A stretch of DNA of 64,000 nucleotides, taken from the NCBI GenBank assembly GCA_040954595.2, contig JBECUI020000028.1, positions 248,001 to 312,000 of the forward strand. The letters run 5' to 3'. This DNA is from Balanoglossus misakiensis. Its lineage: Eukaryota > Animalia > Hemichordata. A program made the translations under genes and the position numbers. Shown piece after piece: positions 13,773 to 26,567 of the stretch; positions within the stretch are counted from its first letter, which is position 1, and each line of letters opens with the position of its first letter. The notes under the pieces are model-generated. The model searched no databases. It saw only the letters and a program-made list of their open reading frames with translations, and was not told the origin of the DNA.

Positions 13773-14089
13773 CTGTAAAACGGATTATTTTCGTGACAGG
13801 AAATGTTTGCGATATTAAAAGAGGCAACTGTTATGCGAGGATTAATTTTCATGTTCTTGTATTTCATTGCATCTTTATCTCCGAAAAACATTTTACGCAA
13901 CTTTTTCTTTTCACATTTTGTTGGCTCTCGCCTATTTCGCAAAAATTAATTGCTTGCGAAAATAACCCGTTTTACACACAGGTGCAAGCTTTCTCTTATT
14001 GTGAGTATGGCAGAGAAAGTTTTGGCTGCTGTCAAAATTTTCTGACAAAGACATCCAGAAGGATTATGAAACTGAAAATGTTGATAATA

Positions 14090-15129
14090 CAGTGAAACCT
14101 GTCAATTAATACAGACATCTCTCTAATCAGGACACCTCTCTATTAAGGAAAGATTGTTCAAGACAAGAGTAATGGTTTGAATAGAATATTACATGCACAT
14201 TTCTGTTAAAGGGACAAAGTCTCTCTCTCGCTGCCCTTTTTAGGTCCCATTGGTATAGGCCTATATACCATGGGACCTTATGGGATTGGTTGCGTCTGTA
14301 TGTATGTATGTATGTATGGATGGATGTATGTATGGATGTATGTCCGTCCACATCAAAAACTTGAAAACCACTGTGTGTATCACCTTGATATTTGGTGTGC
14401 ACATGCAGGCTGGGCTGTAGATGGGAGTTTGTTCAAATGAAGTTGTTGTTGCCAAAAATATGCAAATTAGCTGGAAAAATGTGAACTTAGTCAAAACTCA
14501 GTAACTCAAGAACTACTGGTCAGATTGAACTACTGGTCAGATTGCTTTGCGAAGTGGTGTGTATTTACTTTATTGAGTTGTTTATATACACAGGAAATTC
14601 CTGAATGATTACATAACTGGCTAAGTTTTAAAGAGGCCAGCTGTTCTATTTAGTGTGTGTGTCTGTCAGTATATCGCCATTTACTCCGGTGTAGACTTTT
14701 TCTTTTGTATTCCCTCAATGGGACCACTGTGTCCTTGACGCGATTTTTTCCATTATGTTTGATACAAGAGACATTTTATATTAATGTACATGTGTATATG
14801 TAGTTAATGAACGTTCAACCATACACAATTTCCATCCCACTTGAATGATATGAGCATAAAAACTCGCATAAAATGAATAAATGATAGAGACCGATTATTG
14901 GCGTGTGTTTTTTATCACTCTGGTGGCTACAAGCAGGGTTGAAGTTGTGTGTGGTGAAACATTGATTCACTATATATCCACATGTAGAATAACAGAAATG
15001 GTGCCCTGTAACAAACCTAATTCATGGAAAAGGGGCAGCGAGGGAGAGAATTTGTCCCTTTAAGGACACCTCTCTATTAAGGACACATTTTGTGGTCCCA
15101 GAGGTGTCCTTCCTAGGCAGGTTTCAATG
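14090..15129. mobile_element. pogo-like MITE interrupted by nested insertions
   Basis: ta-CAGTGAAACCTG ... CAGGTTTCAATG-ta ends; the ggacacctctctattaagga motif occurs on both sides of the insert. Confidence 0.7.
14210..15059. mobile_element. Kolobok-type MITE containing a HINE-like insertion
   Basis: ttaa-AGGGACAAA ... TTTGTCCCT-ttaa. The core is shared with 34940-35274 and 43820-44043, and is interrupted at about 14241 by a hairpin+(TATG)n repeat also found inverted at about 17290-17412. Confidence 0.75.
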
Positions 15130-16539
15130 TACTTCACATCTCAGTTGTACTCCACTGTCTGTATGGAATCATTTCCTGGTTGACATGGTGAACTTTACAA
15201 AAACAGATAAACCACCAAAAAAAGTCAGGGCCATATGTAGAGAATGATCTTGAAACTCAGAATTTTACCATAATTACCTTGAATATCGTAAACTCTTCAT
15301 ATCGTCAAATAACTGCAATGCAGTACTCAGACCTTCAGAAATCATACCATATTTCTCACCTGCTCCTGACAACAATCTGAAATACAACAACAATCATTTA
15401 ACAAAAGGTATATGTAAACAATGTCTACTCTGATTGTAGACAGATTTGATTAAACATTTTATGAAACATTTAAAGGTAGGAACCTCTAATAAAAGCAAGT
15501 GAGTCAAAAGTCAAAAAGAGCGACTTTTTCCCTTTAACCCTTTCACCCCAAGTTCCTTCTATACAGGTCAAACCTTTTCATAGAAAACAATGGGTTTTGA
15601 CCGAACCTTGGTTGTGAAAGGGTTAATGGGCTTCCATAATTAGTGTTCTTTAAAATTAGAGGGTGGTACTTAGGGGTTATTACACTAAATTTGGTGAGAA
15701 CAATAGAAAGTGGCAAATTCAGGCTCTGCATGTATGATACTAATGACAATTAGCCTTCTGCTTTAGAATCATCACCATTAAGCTATATTGATTGTATCCG
15801 CATCAGTTTATCATCTTTTGCTAATGCATAACACGACTGTTGTGTATTCTTTGAATGGAGGCTGATTAAATCGGTGTGACACCCATTTAAAATAACACTA
15901 AATAACACAAAACTACAATGTATGCGCGCAAATATTTTGTCACAGTTGCGTGACATGCGCACACAAAAAATCCATTGAAAGATAACAGCGGGCGAGGCTA
16001 TCTGGGGCGCCTTGTCAAGGTTGGCCGGTCAGGCGCCCTGTACACATGTACGCGTACGCGCGCTTGTATGCTGTAGCAGGACGCACAATGATGTACGTGC
16101 GGTAACCTAGGCCACAAACTTGACACGTGTCGGGCTATAATTTATGCACACAGAAGCCATTAGATATAACAAAGCAAGTAGGGCTTCTGGGTCATTTTCC
16201 TTGATGATATAACACAAGAATTCCATACCTTGTCTGTACTTAATACGTATCGGGGGGGGGGGGGGGGGACCACTGTACACAGTCTCTTTCATGATGTTTA
16301 TGTACTTTATTCGCTACATTCTAAATGATATTTTTTGTGTTGGGCCATCTAGACATGAAGGGAGAACTCATTCAAGTATGTTTATCTGAAAGCCTGCTTG
16401 TCTATCGCTATTTTGTTGCACGTAATTCAAATACAATTTCACGAAAAAAAAATTGGCTCTTTGCGTGCACTGCGCGTAAAAAATAAAATATCAAACGCAA
16501 GCCCAGTACAAATTCCAAATTACCTATGATATGATTTCA

Positions 16540-17412
16540 TAATAATTCTAAAGAAGCCAATCCCATTAACTTACAACTAAAATTTATAGAAATCAGCCAT
16601 ACAGTGTACACTTTCTGAGAAATATAATTTTTTATCAAAATTGGTAAATATACCCCCAAAATACAAGACATTGCCCCCACAAAACATTGACACTTTCATC
16701 ATAGGTTTTGTAAATCATCATGACAACTCACCATGGAACCTTCAAATCAAATTTCAAAGCAACGGGGTAGAGGGTTCTGAGAAAGAGTTTTGACCAAAAA
16801 TGGCAAAAATCACCCCAAAAATATACTATTGAATTCTACAAATTGATTTGACAAACACACATCTCTATGCCTACCAAATTTCAAAGCAATCTGACAAATG
16901 GTTTTACAGAAAAAAATTGATCAAAAAGGCAAAATTTGCACCAAAATTATAAATTTGCAAATTTTGCAGCAAATTTAAACAAAACTTTGATAACTCACAT
17001 CACCTATATTAAGCCCCATACTAAATTTCAAAGAAGTCAGGTCATCAATTCCAGAAAAGTAGATTTTTTACCAAAAATGTGGAAAAAGACAAAAAAATAC
17101 ATAAATTATAGAAAATTCAAACTATTAGTTCAAAACATACACAACTGTGTGAGGTTAATATAAGGTACATGCATACCAATTTTCAAATCAATATGACCAG
17201 TGGTTGTTGAGTTTCTGAGTTTTGGCCAAATTTACGTTTTTCCCAACAACTTCATTTGAACAAACTCCCATCTACAGCCCTGCCTGCATCTGCACACCAA
17301 ATATCGAGGTTATATGCTCAGCGGTTTTCAAGTTTTTGATGTGAACGGACATACATCCATACAGACGCAACCGATCTCATGAGGTACCACCAGTATATAC
17401 AAATGGGACCTA
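16540..17412 (-). mobile_element. Helentron/HINE-like repeat
   Basis: Its end is the reverse complement of 14241-14410 (aggtcccat...ggttgcgtctgtatg...catcaaaaacttgaaaacc). The left boundary is approximate. Confidence 0.5.
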
Positions 17413-18619
17413 AAGATATTTCGGTGCAACTTGTAGACTGCATCATATATATATATTGTGTTGTCGCCCAAATTGTGTGTGTGTGTGTGTGTGTGTGTGA
17501 GGGGGGGGGGGGGGGGTCCCAATGTGCCCTTCCTATGATATCTGCAATAATTGTAGCCTAGATGGGATGATTGATCAAGCCCATAAGCGATCAACCAGCC
17601 CACCAAAGCTACAATTATTGCACCTATTCCTATGATAGCTGGATCCATAGGGTAAACTGTACAAAACAAATAAGTGTCAGTATAAAATGTGGTAACTTTT
17701 GGCGTTTGTTTCTTCCCACTGAATTTCGACATCGCAAAGTGATTTCAGATGTCAGTTTATATTTATAATAACATTACTGCCACTAAGAAATATGAATGAA
17801 GTTGCACAGTTCATATAAACATTACACCACTGGCAACTGTGCTATATCATGCCACTTTTATGACCCCTTTTGACCTCTACATCCTGGCTTTTTGTCGGTG
17901 TGAGTATACAATTTCGAGTTTACCAACCATGCTATTGAATCAATGCATTTTTTCTCATCCTTGAACAAAACTGGTGAACATTGCCTGTTAGAAAAGGTTA
18001 GCTGTTCAACATTGAATGATGAATGATGTCAAACCAACAAATCACCAGGATGTAAGGTCACACAGGGGTCATGAAAGAGGCCTGTAAGATACTCTTGTTC
18101 TCTGCCCACTTTCTAACCCTGCTGTCACTACCAGCAGCAGGAATGGGACAGGGGACCAGGCTATATCTATAGGACTGTTTGCTAACATTAAGTGTGTTTA
18201 CTTGAGTAAGTTGGGTACTATAAAAAGAATTGTCACCATTACTGTAGGGGGAGACATGAGTCTACCTGGTTGATTTATATTTTACATAATGTGCTTAGAT
18301 TAATAGAAATAATTTATGCATAGTTACTTAGGAACACTTCCATAACTAGTCTGCATTTTGCCTCTGCCAAATAGTAAAGAAAAAACATCAGAGAATAGGC
18401 AGAGTAGAAACTAAACTGCACTCTCCTAAATATAAAATGGTTTACCCCTAAGTCTAATGTGATGCATAGTGTGATTCAATCTGTGTCAATAAAATTGCAA
18501 CCACATCAGTGTTCAGTGAAAACAGTATGTGACATACTTTTCCACCTGACCAAATCTATTAGAAACACACTTTTTAAAGAAATTGTTTTAAAGGGGCAGC
18601 TGCTATGACATTTGGGATT

Positions 18620-19076
18620 AATAGAATCTCACACTCCCAAGGACCTGGGATCGTATTTCTCACACGAGTTGGGGATTTTCTGTCACACACGAGCCGCAGG
18701 CGAGTGTGGGACAAAATATCCCTGACGAGTGTGAGAAATACGATCCCAGGTCCTTGGTGTGTGAGATTATTTTTCTCACACGGTCACAAATTAGCCAAAT
18801 TCGTTAAAACATTGAATAAATGACTCTGGAACTGTCGTCTGGGGGCACGTTATAGTTCTGTGCCTGTAATACACATCACGCCATTGGATAACATTTAGTG
18901 CGCGAAGAGAAAGAACTCTTTGTCAACCAATCAGCGCTCGCGTCATATACAGCTTTCGATTCAGTGAGAGTGTGAGAATAATAGAATCTCACACTCCCAA
19001 GGACCTGAGATCGTATTTCTCACACTCGTCGGGGATATCCTATCCCACACTCCCAGCGGCCAGCAGTGTGAGAAAT
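18620..19076 (+). repeat. Hairpin interspersed repeat with a duplicated start (Crypton-like non-autonomous element)
   Basis: Foldback of about 150 bp at 18620-18772; its start recurs as a direct repeat at about 18980; a second copy lies at 8170-8497. Confidence 0.7.
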
Positions 19077-19082
19077 TAAATA

Positions 19083-19260
19083 CAGTAAAACCTGTCTGAA
19101 CCGAACACTGAAGGCACTGAAGAAATTGTTCAGTTTACAGACATTTCCAGTTTGTAAAGGTTCTTTTAACATGTGAATTCTATGTCGAAGGTACTGAAAA
19201 GGTGTTCAGTATAGACAGGTTTCCAGATTAGACAGGGTTTGGTTTTGACAGGTTTTACTG
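19083..19260. mobile_element. pogo-like MITE
   Basis: TIR CAGTAAAACCTGTC ... GACAGGTTTTACTG; related fragments at 6963 and about 43250-43290. Confidence 0.85.
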
Positions 19261-20339
19261 AAGGTTGAAAATTAATTCTATGTGGCCACTGAAGATTCTT
19301 GTGCTACTCCCAACAATATGTTGAAACCCACAATTGATGTATAAAATACCATCCACTAAATATTTAAATGTCACCAAAAACATTTTACTCTAAATAAATA
19401 AATATATTCTATAAAAACATATTTTTAGACATGTTGCATATTTACGTAACAGTAGTAAAAAAATGTGAATGATAACATTACACATTCACGGGCTATGTTG
19501 ACAAGTGAAGTATAAATGGGTATATTAGCATGCTGTTTGGAGTAGAACAAGAAATTCCCATTGATACTCAGAACAAAAATATATGTACATCAATTAAAGC
19601 CAAAAGTTACAGCTAATGTCCCGTTAAGTGCATTGTAATTCAGAAAACTTCTGGAGCAGTGAATAAATCCTACTATTCCTAGTATATCAGAAGTTTTTTT
19701 CATTTTAAAAATCAAGCTAGTTGCTTTAAAAAAAAATGAGACACTACTTTGTACAAAAGTTATGACAGCTTGCATTCACGCAGATTTGAGCCAGACATCT
19801 CAAAGCGTTAACAAAAAAACATAGAGCATACTGTTTTTGCGAAGGTAATTTAAATTGCTTGTTACGTGATAGTAGTGAAAACAATGGTGACATTGAAGTA
19901 ACCGAAATGTTCTCCTATATCAAGCTTTCAGAGATAATTAACAGAGAAATGTTTATTTCAAAAAGTGAATGTCTTATTTTTTATATTATACAGTCACAGT
20001 ATGTAATAGAGGGACTGTGATATAGTGCACTGGTTTGGCTGTTGTTTCACTACAGATTTTTGTGGTGGGGGTCACGGGTGGGTCTATGATGGGGGAAACC
20101 AGCATAGAACCCCCCCCCCCCTCCACCCTCCCCCTAGCTGTGTTTCCATAGAGATAATGTAGTACTAAATGTGACATTATTATATGACTCAGAAGGTCAC
20201 ATAGCTCTGCGTACAGGTCTGTGTGTTCCCGGCTGTATGCAGAGCTAAAGGTCACACAGAGAAACCACACGACAGAGATCTCACCATCTCAAAAAGCTGA
20301 CTCTGAAAAGCATGTAAAAGAATTAAGACTGGCTTACCT

Positions 20340-20960
20340 GTAGGAGGACCTGTGTCACACATCTCTGCCCGCCAAGGTCTTGCCAACGACCCTGGCGATG
20401 TCTGTCATCTAGTCTTGCTCCAAGCGATGCTAATCACACTGGCGGCGCGTCGTACTCATGTTCCTTTCCTTTATCTACAGGCACAGCGACTGCCGTAAAG
20501 CCAAGTCATCACCGGACTCATCATATCTGATATACTTCCCTGGCCGGTCGGGGCAACACCGACGTCACGATAAAACGTCGTAGGTCCCGTGGCAACACCG
20601 TAGCTACACCCTAATGAGAGAGAATGTCTAGTGATCTGAGTGACGGCAACTGATCCAGGATCTCAATCACTCACCCGGCTCTGTCAGTGTCATGGCTCTC
20701 TCTCTCAACTACGGTGCGATCTGTGATGACGACCACCTCGCAAAGTTCTGCCAAGCGCCGCCGCGTCCCATGTAGAAAGGTTGCGAAACCCTTTGAAAAC
20801 ACTGCCAAGAATGCTCCATTATCCGAAATATGTTCTTTCACTGACGTCTCCACTCATGAGAAATTTAAAAAAGGGGCGTAACACGCTGTTGTAAAAGATC
20901 AGCTGATTCGCGACCAAAACATTCACGATTGACCCTTGACCTAGGATAGTCCTGTACCCT
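20340..20960 (-). promoter_or_regulatory. CpG-rich region; candidate promoter/first exon of the minus-strand EGF gene
   Basis: Local GC/CpG enrichment ending in a minus-strand CAG|gtaag donor at about 20338. Confidence 0.35.
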
Positions 20961-21274
20961 CGATCCAGCGCCAGCTAAGTTGGCGTTGTTAAAATAATTA
21001 TTAGGTAAACAGCCATCACTATAAGCTATAGATGTAATTCAGTAAACCAAAATCTTTAAAAATATATGTTGTCAAGAACAATTTATAGACCAAGGCCATG
21101 GCCAGAGGTACATCCGAAAAATACCAACTGTACATGGTTATTCTTGTATAACCTTTGACCCCGATTTGTAAACAGTGCTGCATGTTTGAAGTATCGCTCT
21201 TAAAAATTGAGATTCACCTGATGGTTTTATATGAAAGCCAGTTGGGGACATGTACATACGCAATAAATAAAAAA

Positions 21275-21610
21275 TTATCTCGAGATCTCGAGATAATTCC
21301 ATTCGTTTTCTGACTTTTTATTTTTTTATCTCGAGATCTCGAGATAATTCCATTCGTTTTCCTGACTTTTTATTTTTTTATCTCGAGATCTCGAGATAAT
21401 GCTATTCGTTTTCCTGACTTTTTATTTTTTTATCTCGAGATCTCGAGATAATTCCAATTCGTTTTCCCGACTTTTTATTTTTTTATCTCGAGATCTCGAG
21501 ATAATTCAAGTTCGTTTTCCCGACTTTTTATTTTTTTATCTCGAGATCTCGAGATAATTCCAATTCGTTTTCCCGACTTTTTATTTTTTTATCTCGAGAT
21601 CTCGAGATAA
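21275..21610. repeat. Tandem array: 7 copies of the 22-bp palindrome TTATCTCGAGATCTCGAGATAA, period 51-53 bp
   Basis: Palindromes at 21275, 21326, 21378, 21430, 21483, 21536 and 21589, separated by near-identical T-rich linkers. Confidence 0.95.
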
Positions 21611-21619
21611 ATTTGTCTT

Positions 21620-21690
21620 AAAGAGGGCGGGTGTATTGGTACGGAGACTGTCCAGAGAGGGCGGTGTATCGGTACAGAGAATATGGCGTT
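21620..21690 (+). promoter_or_regulatory. Candidate promoter of the HECT gene
   Basis: Duplicated gagggcgg(g)tgtat(t/c)ggtac module (GC box plus ATTGG), then aatatggcg (YY1-like). A downstream g|gtaagt donor at 21779 and ttacag acceptor at 23003 suggest a non-coding first exon. Confidence 0.45.
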
Positions 21691-22046
21691 CTTTTACTAG
21701 CTTGACCTAGTACCAGGACTTTTCGTCGGATTCTGCCTTACATGCTGCATCGTATCTTATCAGACTGACTGAGTGTTGGTAAGTTGAGATTTTACCTCCT
21801 TCTCATAACCGTTAGATTTGTCGTACACGTAACATGACCACACGATGCACAATTTGTACTGGTTTGTGATGTGGCAATCTATTGAGTCGCCTTGCACGTC
21901 AAGCGTCATCATGATCATGCCAAACACGATCGACGCGACGTTGACAATGTGCTGCATGCAATAGGTTGACTGAGACGTTCTTGTCAGTATCTCGTACTCA
22001 ACTTAACTTGCTTGATTTTTGATTCATGATGTAACATATGCCATCA

Positions 22047-22077
<31 letters not shown>

Positions 22078-22420
22078 ATCACAACTTGAGGCTAACTCTG
22101 GCCTTATGCCGCGCTGTTTGAAACATATATCATACATGATTCAACTTGTGTGTGGGGCGGATAGTTACATCGCCTAGGATCAAGTTGCCATAACTGGATT
22201 CTTCCAATAAATAAATGCACTTTAACTTGATCTTGAATATTAAACAATGCAATGTTAACATCAGTACAGCTGCTGTGATTTATTTTACTTTGCTTCAGTC
22301 TGTGATTATGACACAGACAAATGTGAGTGTGTATGGTGACCTCAGTACATCCAAGGTCAAACGTCAACAACTCTTCAGTTGATATGAAAGTTTCAAACAA
22401 AAAAATTAAAGCAAAATAGG

Positions 22421-22422
<2 letters not shown>

Positions 22423-22475
<53 letters not shown>

Positions 22476-22510
22476 TGAGTGTGTATGTGTCTGTCTGTGT
22501 CTGTCTCTAT
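22423..22510. repeat. (GT)n microsatellite
   Basis: Direct reading. Confidence 0.95.
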
Positions 22511-22664
22511 GTATTAATGAGTGTGTGTGTAATGTTTGTGCACATTGATTGACTTGATTTAATATTGAAGATTTAAGCACCGATGGCATTTATTACAAAG
22601 AGTTATATTATTATCAATAGAGTCCAAGTTGAAGTCTTAATCACTCCCTAAATTATTTTAAATT

Positions 22665-22773
22665 GTATGTATGTATGTATGTATGTATGTATGTATGTAT
22701 GTATGTATGTATGTATGTATGTATGTATGTATGTATGCATGTATGTATGTATGTATGTATGTATGTATGTATG
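22665..22773. repeat. (TATG)n microsatellite
   Basis: Direct reading; a second (TTTG)n(TATG)n tract lies at 23213-23320 in the HECT intron. Confidence 0.95.
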
Positions 22774-23036
22774 TTGACAATTGAGAAGTTTCCTCATCAA
22801 AAATTCTGAACAAAATTCTTGCTTCACTGTAATTTTTGGTGAAATATCAACTTTATTCAAGGTGAGAAAGTAGATAGTTTTTCCTTCTGAGATAATATTC
22901 TCAAATTTCCCAAACTGTTCATAAAAATCAAGTTGATGCATTATTTCATGCTTGTCTTTAGGTACATCAGTTTTGATTTAACTGTTGTTGATTTTCCTTA
23001 CAGAAAAATATTACTTAAGCAAACAGATCAGACAAA

Positions 23037-25550
23037 ATGGCAGAAAAACTATATGAATTTCTTAGACGACGCAGAGTGCCTGAAGAGGAAATTGACAGAC
23101 TTGAACAGGAAAAGGTAAATTTTTTATTAGTTCTTGTTGCATATATGTAAATATGGCTAAATGAGCTTTAAGGCTAGTAGGTGGAAAAATATTCATTGAC
23201 AGTCTTTCCATCTTTGTTTGTTTGTTTGTTTGTATGTATGTACCCGTATGTATGTATGTATGTATGTATGTATGTATGTATGTATGTATGTATGTATGTA
23301 TGTATGTATGTATGTATGTATTTAGCGAGACCCCCCGCACCCTCTGCCCATATGCATGCACTAAGATTCCATGTGCTTTAAATTGATTTTCAGATTGATC
23401 CATCGGTGATCCTCTTAATGGATGATGAGATGTTATCTAAGTATTTGACATCTTATGGGGACAGAGTTGCTGCTGTGGACTTCTCTCGCAGATTATTTTG
23501 TACTGTTCCAGACAGAGAGAGCAGGAAGTCAGAACTACTGAAAAAAATAAGACAAAAATTTAGCCTTCGAAATGGAAAGCAGAATAGTGTATCAGATGAC
23601 AAGGGAGAATCAAGTAAAGGTAATCGTGGACAAGCCTCAACTAGACCAAGACCATTTGGTAATACACATGCAGCAAAAATAAAGCGGAAAATTGAAATAG
23701 GATGGCTTGATTTTGATTTCATTGAAAAAGAATACAAGCAAGTTCGAGCCAGAAAAGGTGGTGGAACAAGGTGTATATCAGTAAGTAAGTCGAGCACGAA
23801 AGCTGATCTCCTGACTACAGGAAAAGATTTGTTTTTCCCCAACGGCGTATCACAGCGAGGAGACATGGACAGTTATCATGTTGACATAAGAGATTCAGGA
23901 GAAAGAACAATTGATGAAACAAGCACCGTTGGCGAATTGTATGAAGTAACTGGATTTAGAATGCTCCGCTTCTACATTATGACAAAGAGAAAAGACTGTG
24001 AACAGGTAGTGAAACCTAAAAAGAAGAGCAGACAAACAAGTAAGCAGTCACAATTAGAATCAGTGTCATTGTCAGATGACAGCAGTGATGCTGATCTACC
24101 TGATCCAGGACTTGATAGGCATGTGCCAGTTCCACCGGCAAAGACGAGACAAGCAAGCAAGGGACAGTCACAAGCTCTTCCACAGGAATCTATTGATATG
24201 TTGTCTGATGAGAGCAATGATGCAGGTGTACCAAGTGCAGGAAACCACAATAAGCATATCCTAGATACAGTTCACCATGATCATGGTATGCCCAGTTGTA
24301 GCAGATTCCAGTCTGAACCCATCCCTGACGTAGGTTCTGAAGTCACATTAGAGACAGTCGATTCTGATGCAGAACCACTGGTGATTAGTGATAATGATTC
24401 AAACATTGTTCAGTTTGGATCACGGGGTTCCAATAGTAACTCAGCAGAAAGCCTTGATTCTACATTGCCGTTCTTTGAAAATGATGAACCTGTTAGCCAA
24501 TCCCAGCCCCAAGACACTACCAGTCATATCAGTGAAGATCAAGACCCAGTGGAGACTAGAACACTTGTAATACACAGGAGTGATGTTTTGAATGACATGA
24601 TTTCAGAATTCTCAGATCCAAAGATTATGGCATGTCCTATCAATGTGGCCATGGTTATGCCAGGAGGTAATATTGAGCGTGGTAGTGGTAGTGGAGTTGT
24701 GAGAGACTGTTTTACAAGTTTTTGGTCCGAGTTCTATGAATGTTGCACAGTTGGAAAGAATTGCCGGGTGCCATTCATTAGGCATGATTACCCAAGAGAA
24801 AAATGGGAAGCTGTAGCAAGAATAATCATGAAGGGTTGGAAGGAAATGGATTACTTCCCTATTGAGTTTGCAAAGCCATTCATGGAAGAAGTAATGTTTG
24901 GAGACCAGAAGTGTGAAGAGGCAAGTCTACTTCAAGTGTATTATCACTTCCTGTCTGAATCGGACCGTGAAGTATTTGAAGCTGCAATGAAGAACTTCCA
25001 AGAAGTAGAAGAAGCTGAGTTAATTGAAGTGTTAGACCGACATGACTGTAAAAGACTGCCAACCAAAGAAAACATTGGATCCATTCTGCACGAAATAGCG
25101 CATAAAGAGATAGTACAAGAGCCAATGTTTGTCATTGATAGTTGGCGACCAATCTTACAGCCATTAGGCAAACAAATTGGCAAAGAGAACTTGGATAGAC
25201 TGTATAATGACAAGAAACCAACAACAAAGAAAGTCCTACAACATCTTCAAATCGCCGAATGCTTGAATAATGATGAGAGGGCTGTTGCTAATCACTTAAA
25301 ACGATACATCCGTGAACTTGAGCAAAGTACTCTAAAGAAGTTCCTGAGATATTGCACTGGTTGTGACATAATGACAGCAGAGCCGATTCAAGTGTCATTT
25401 GTTAAACTTGATGGTTTACAACGTCGTCCAGTTGCTCACACATGTGGCAATGTGCTTGAACTGCCATTGTCATATGCCAACTTCGTAGAATTCAGAAGTG
25501 AGTTCAATGCAGTTTTGAACAGTGGTTTTTGGGACATGGATATTATTTGA
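23037..25550 (+). CDS. HECT-domain E3 ubiquitin ligase-like protein with N-terminal SAM-like domain (about 744 aa; exons 23037-23114 and 23394-25550)
   Basis: Exon 1 MAEKLYEFLRRRRVPEEEIDRLEQEK|gtaa splices in frame to cag|IDPSVILLMDDEMLSKYLTSYGDRVA. The C-terminal HECT lobe has GSGVVRD, FLRYCTG and the catalytic motif RRPVAHTCGNVLELP. No stops. Confidence 0.9.
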
Positions 25551-25938
25551 GACCATTGATATTGTTTCCATTGGTAGAACAGCAATGGTGAGTTATTACA
25601 TGAATTAAAGGGACAATATTGTTGTGTTTGGCTTACATTGATAGAAAGAATACAGGGAATACTTGTGTAAAGTCACTTGGTATGCAAAGTAATGATTATG
25701 TCAATGATGAACCTGACGTGTCAGAAGTCACCTCTTTGCTGCATGGAAGAGGTGAATTTATGTGGATTCATTAAGGGATGCGCCTGTAACTTTGCACTAT
25801 TTTCAGTGTTTTCTTTAAATGTTCATACAGTTGCCATTTACTGTCATATTTCCTACAAATTGTTTTATCATTGATTACGTTAAATGTTTACACATATTAT
25901 CTAATATATGGAGAAGCTAAATACTTGATGTGTTATTG

Positions 25939-26048
25939 CAGCCTGTTGTGGGGAGTTATTCAGTTACTTATTCAGCCTGTTGTGGGGAGTTATTCAGTTA
26001 CTTATTCAGCCTGTTGTGGGGAGTTATTCAGTTACTTATTCAGTTACT
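25939..26048. repeat. 34-bp tandem repeat x3
   Basis: cagcctgttgtggggagttattcagttacttatt repeated three times between the convergent genes. Confidence 0.9.
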
Positions 26049-26567
26049 ATGTGACACAGTGTGTGACATAATGGTTAAAGCACAGGATGACCAGGCTTGG
26101 TTATTGGTGTAGATATAATGTAAACAAACAACTAGGAGTAGTCTCTGTTCCACTCTACCAAAGAAGATCAGTGCTTTACTTGTCACTTATCGTCTGTATA
26201 CTTAGTTTCTTTATTAACATGTTTGTTTGTTTGTTTACATATTTACATCTACAACCAAGCCTGGGCATCATGTGGTTTTAAGGTGCAAACAGTTGAGCCA
26301 CAAAGTTGTTGTATTTCAGCTTTTATTTGCGGTGACAGTATTATACTTTACAGAATTAGATCTAACATTAACACAAAGTCTGTGCCATAGTTTCATATTA
26401 CTTCAGTGTTGAAGATGAACAATATTGTCATTATGTTCTGAAAGTTAATAAAACTTTGTTGTGTTGACAAATATCTTGCTTTAATTCATCCAGTTCCTTG
26501 CATGGAAGTGACATTGTTGTTGTTGTTTGGGTGATGTATAATAATTTCCTTTTACAGTAAGGTCTTG

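Larger units (their letters stand above)
1067..20460 (-). pseudogene. Degenerate multi-exon gene for a protein with calcium-binding EGF domains and a Thr-rich segment
   Basis: Phase-compatible AG/GT-bounded exons on the minus strand: 15376-15360 (DCCQEQ, phase 1-0), 13160-13046 (RTNIETLYIDLNSPPYP..., 0-1), 12596-12474 (cbEGF), 9122-9015 (EGF with in-frame TGA), 4556-4506 (DKPATTEKCYTPKCYQR), 1285-1067 (Thr-rich, two stops). A possible first exon ends at the gtaag donor near 20338. The gene probably continues beyond position 1. Confidence 0.65.

Noticed and set aside
17328-17732. Small membrane protein (IIGIGAIIVALVGWLIAYG)
   Set aside because: The ORF runs into poly-C/(CA)n and a repeat, with no supporting splice structure or known motif.
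21275-21610. CRISPR array
   Set aside because: The linkers are near-identical rather than unique spacers, there are no cas genes, and the context is eukaryotic.
22104-23403. ORFs with HT or YIHT repeats
   Set aside because: Translations of (GT)n and (TATG)n microsatellites in introns.
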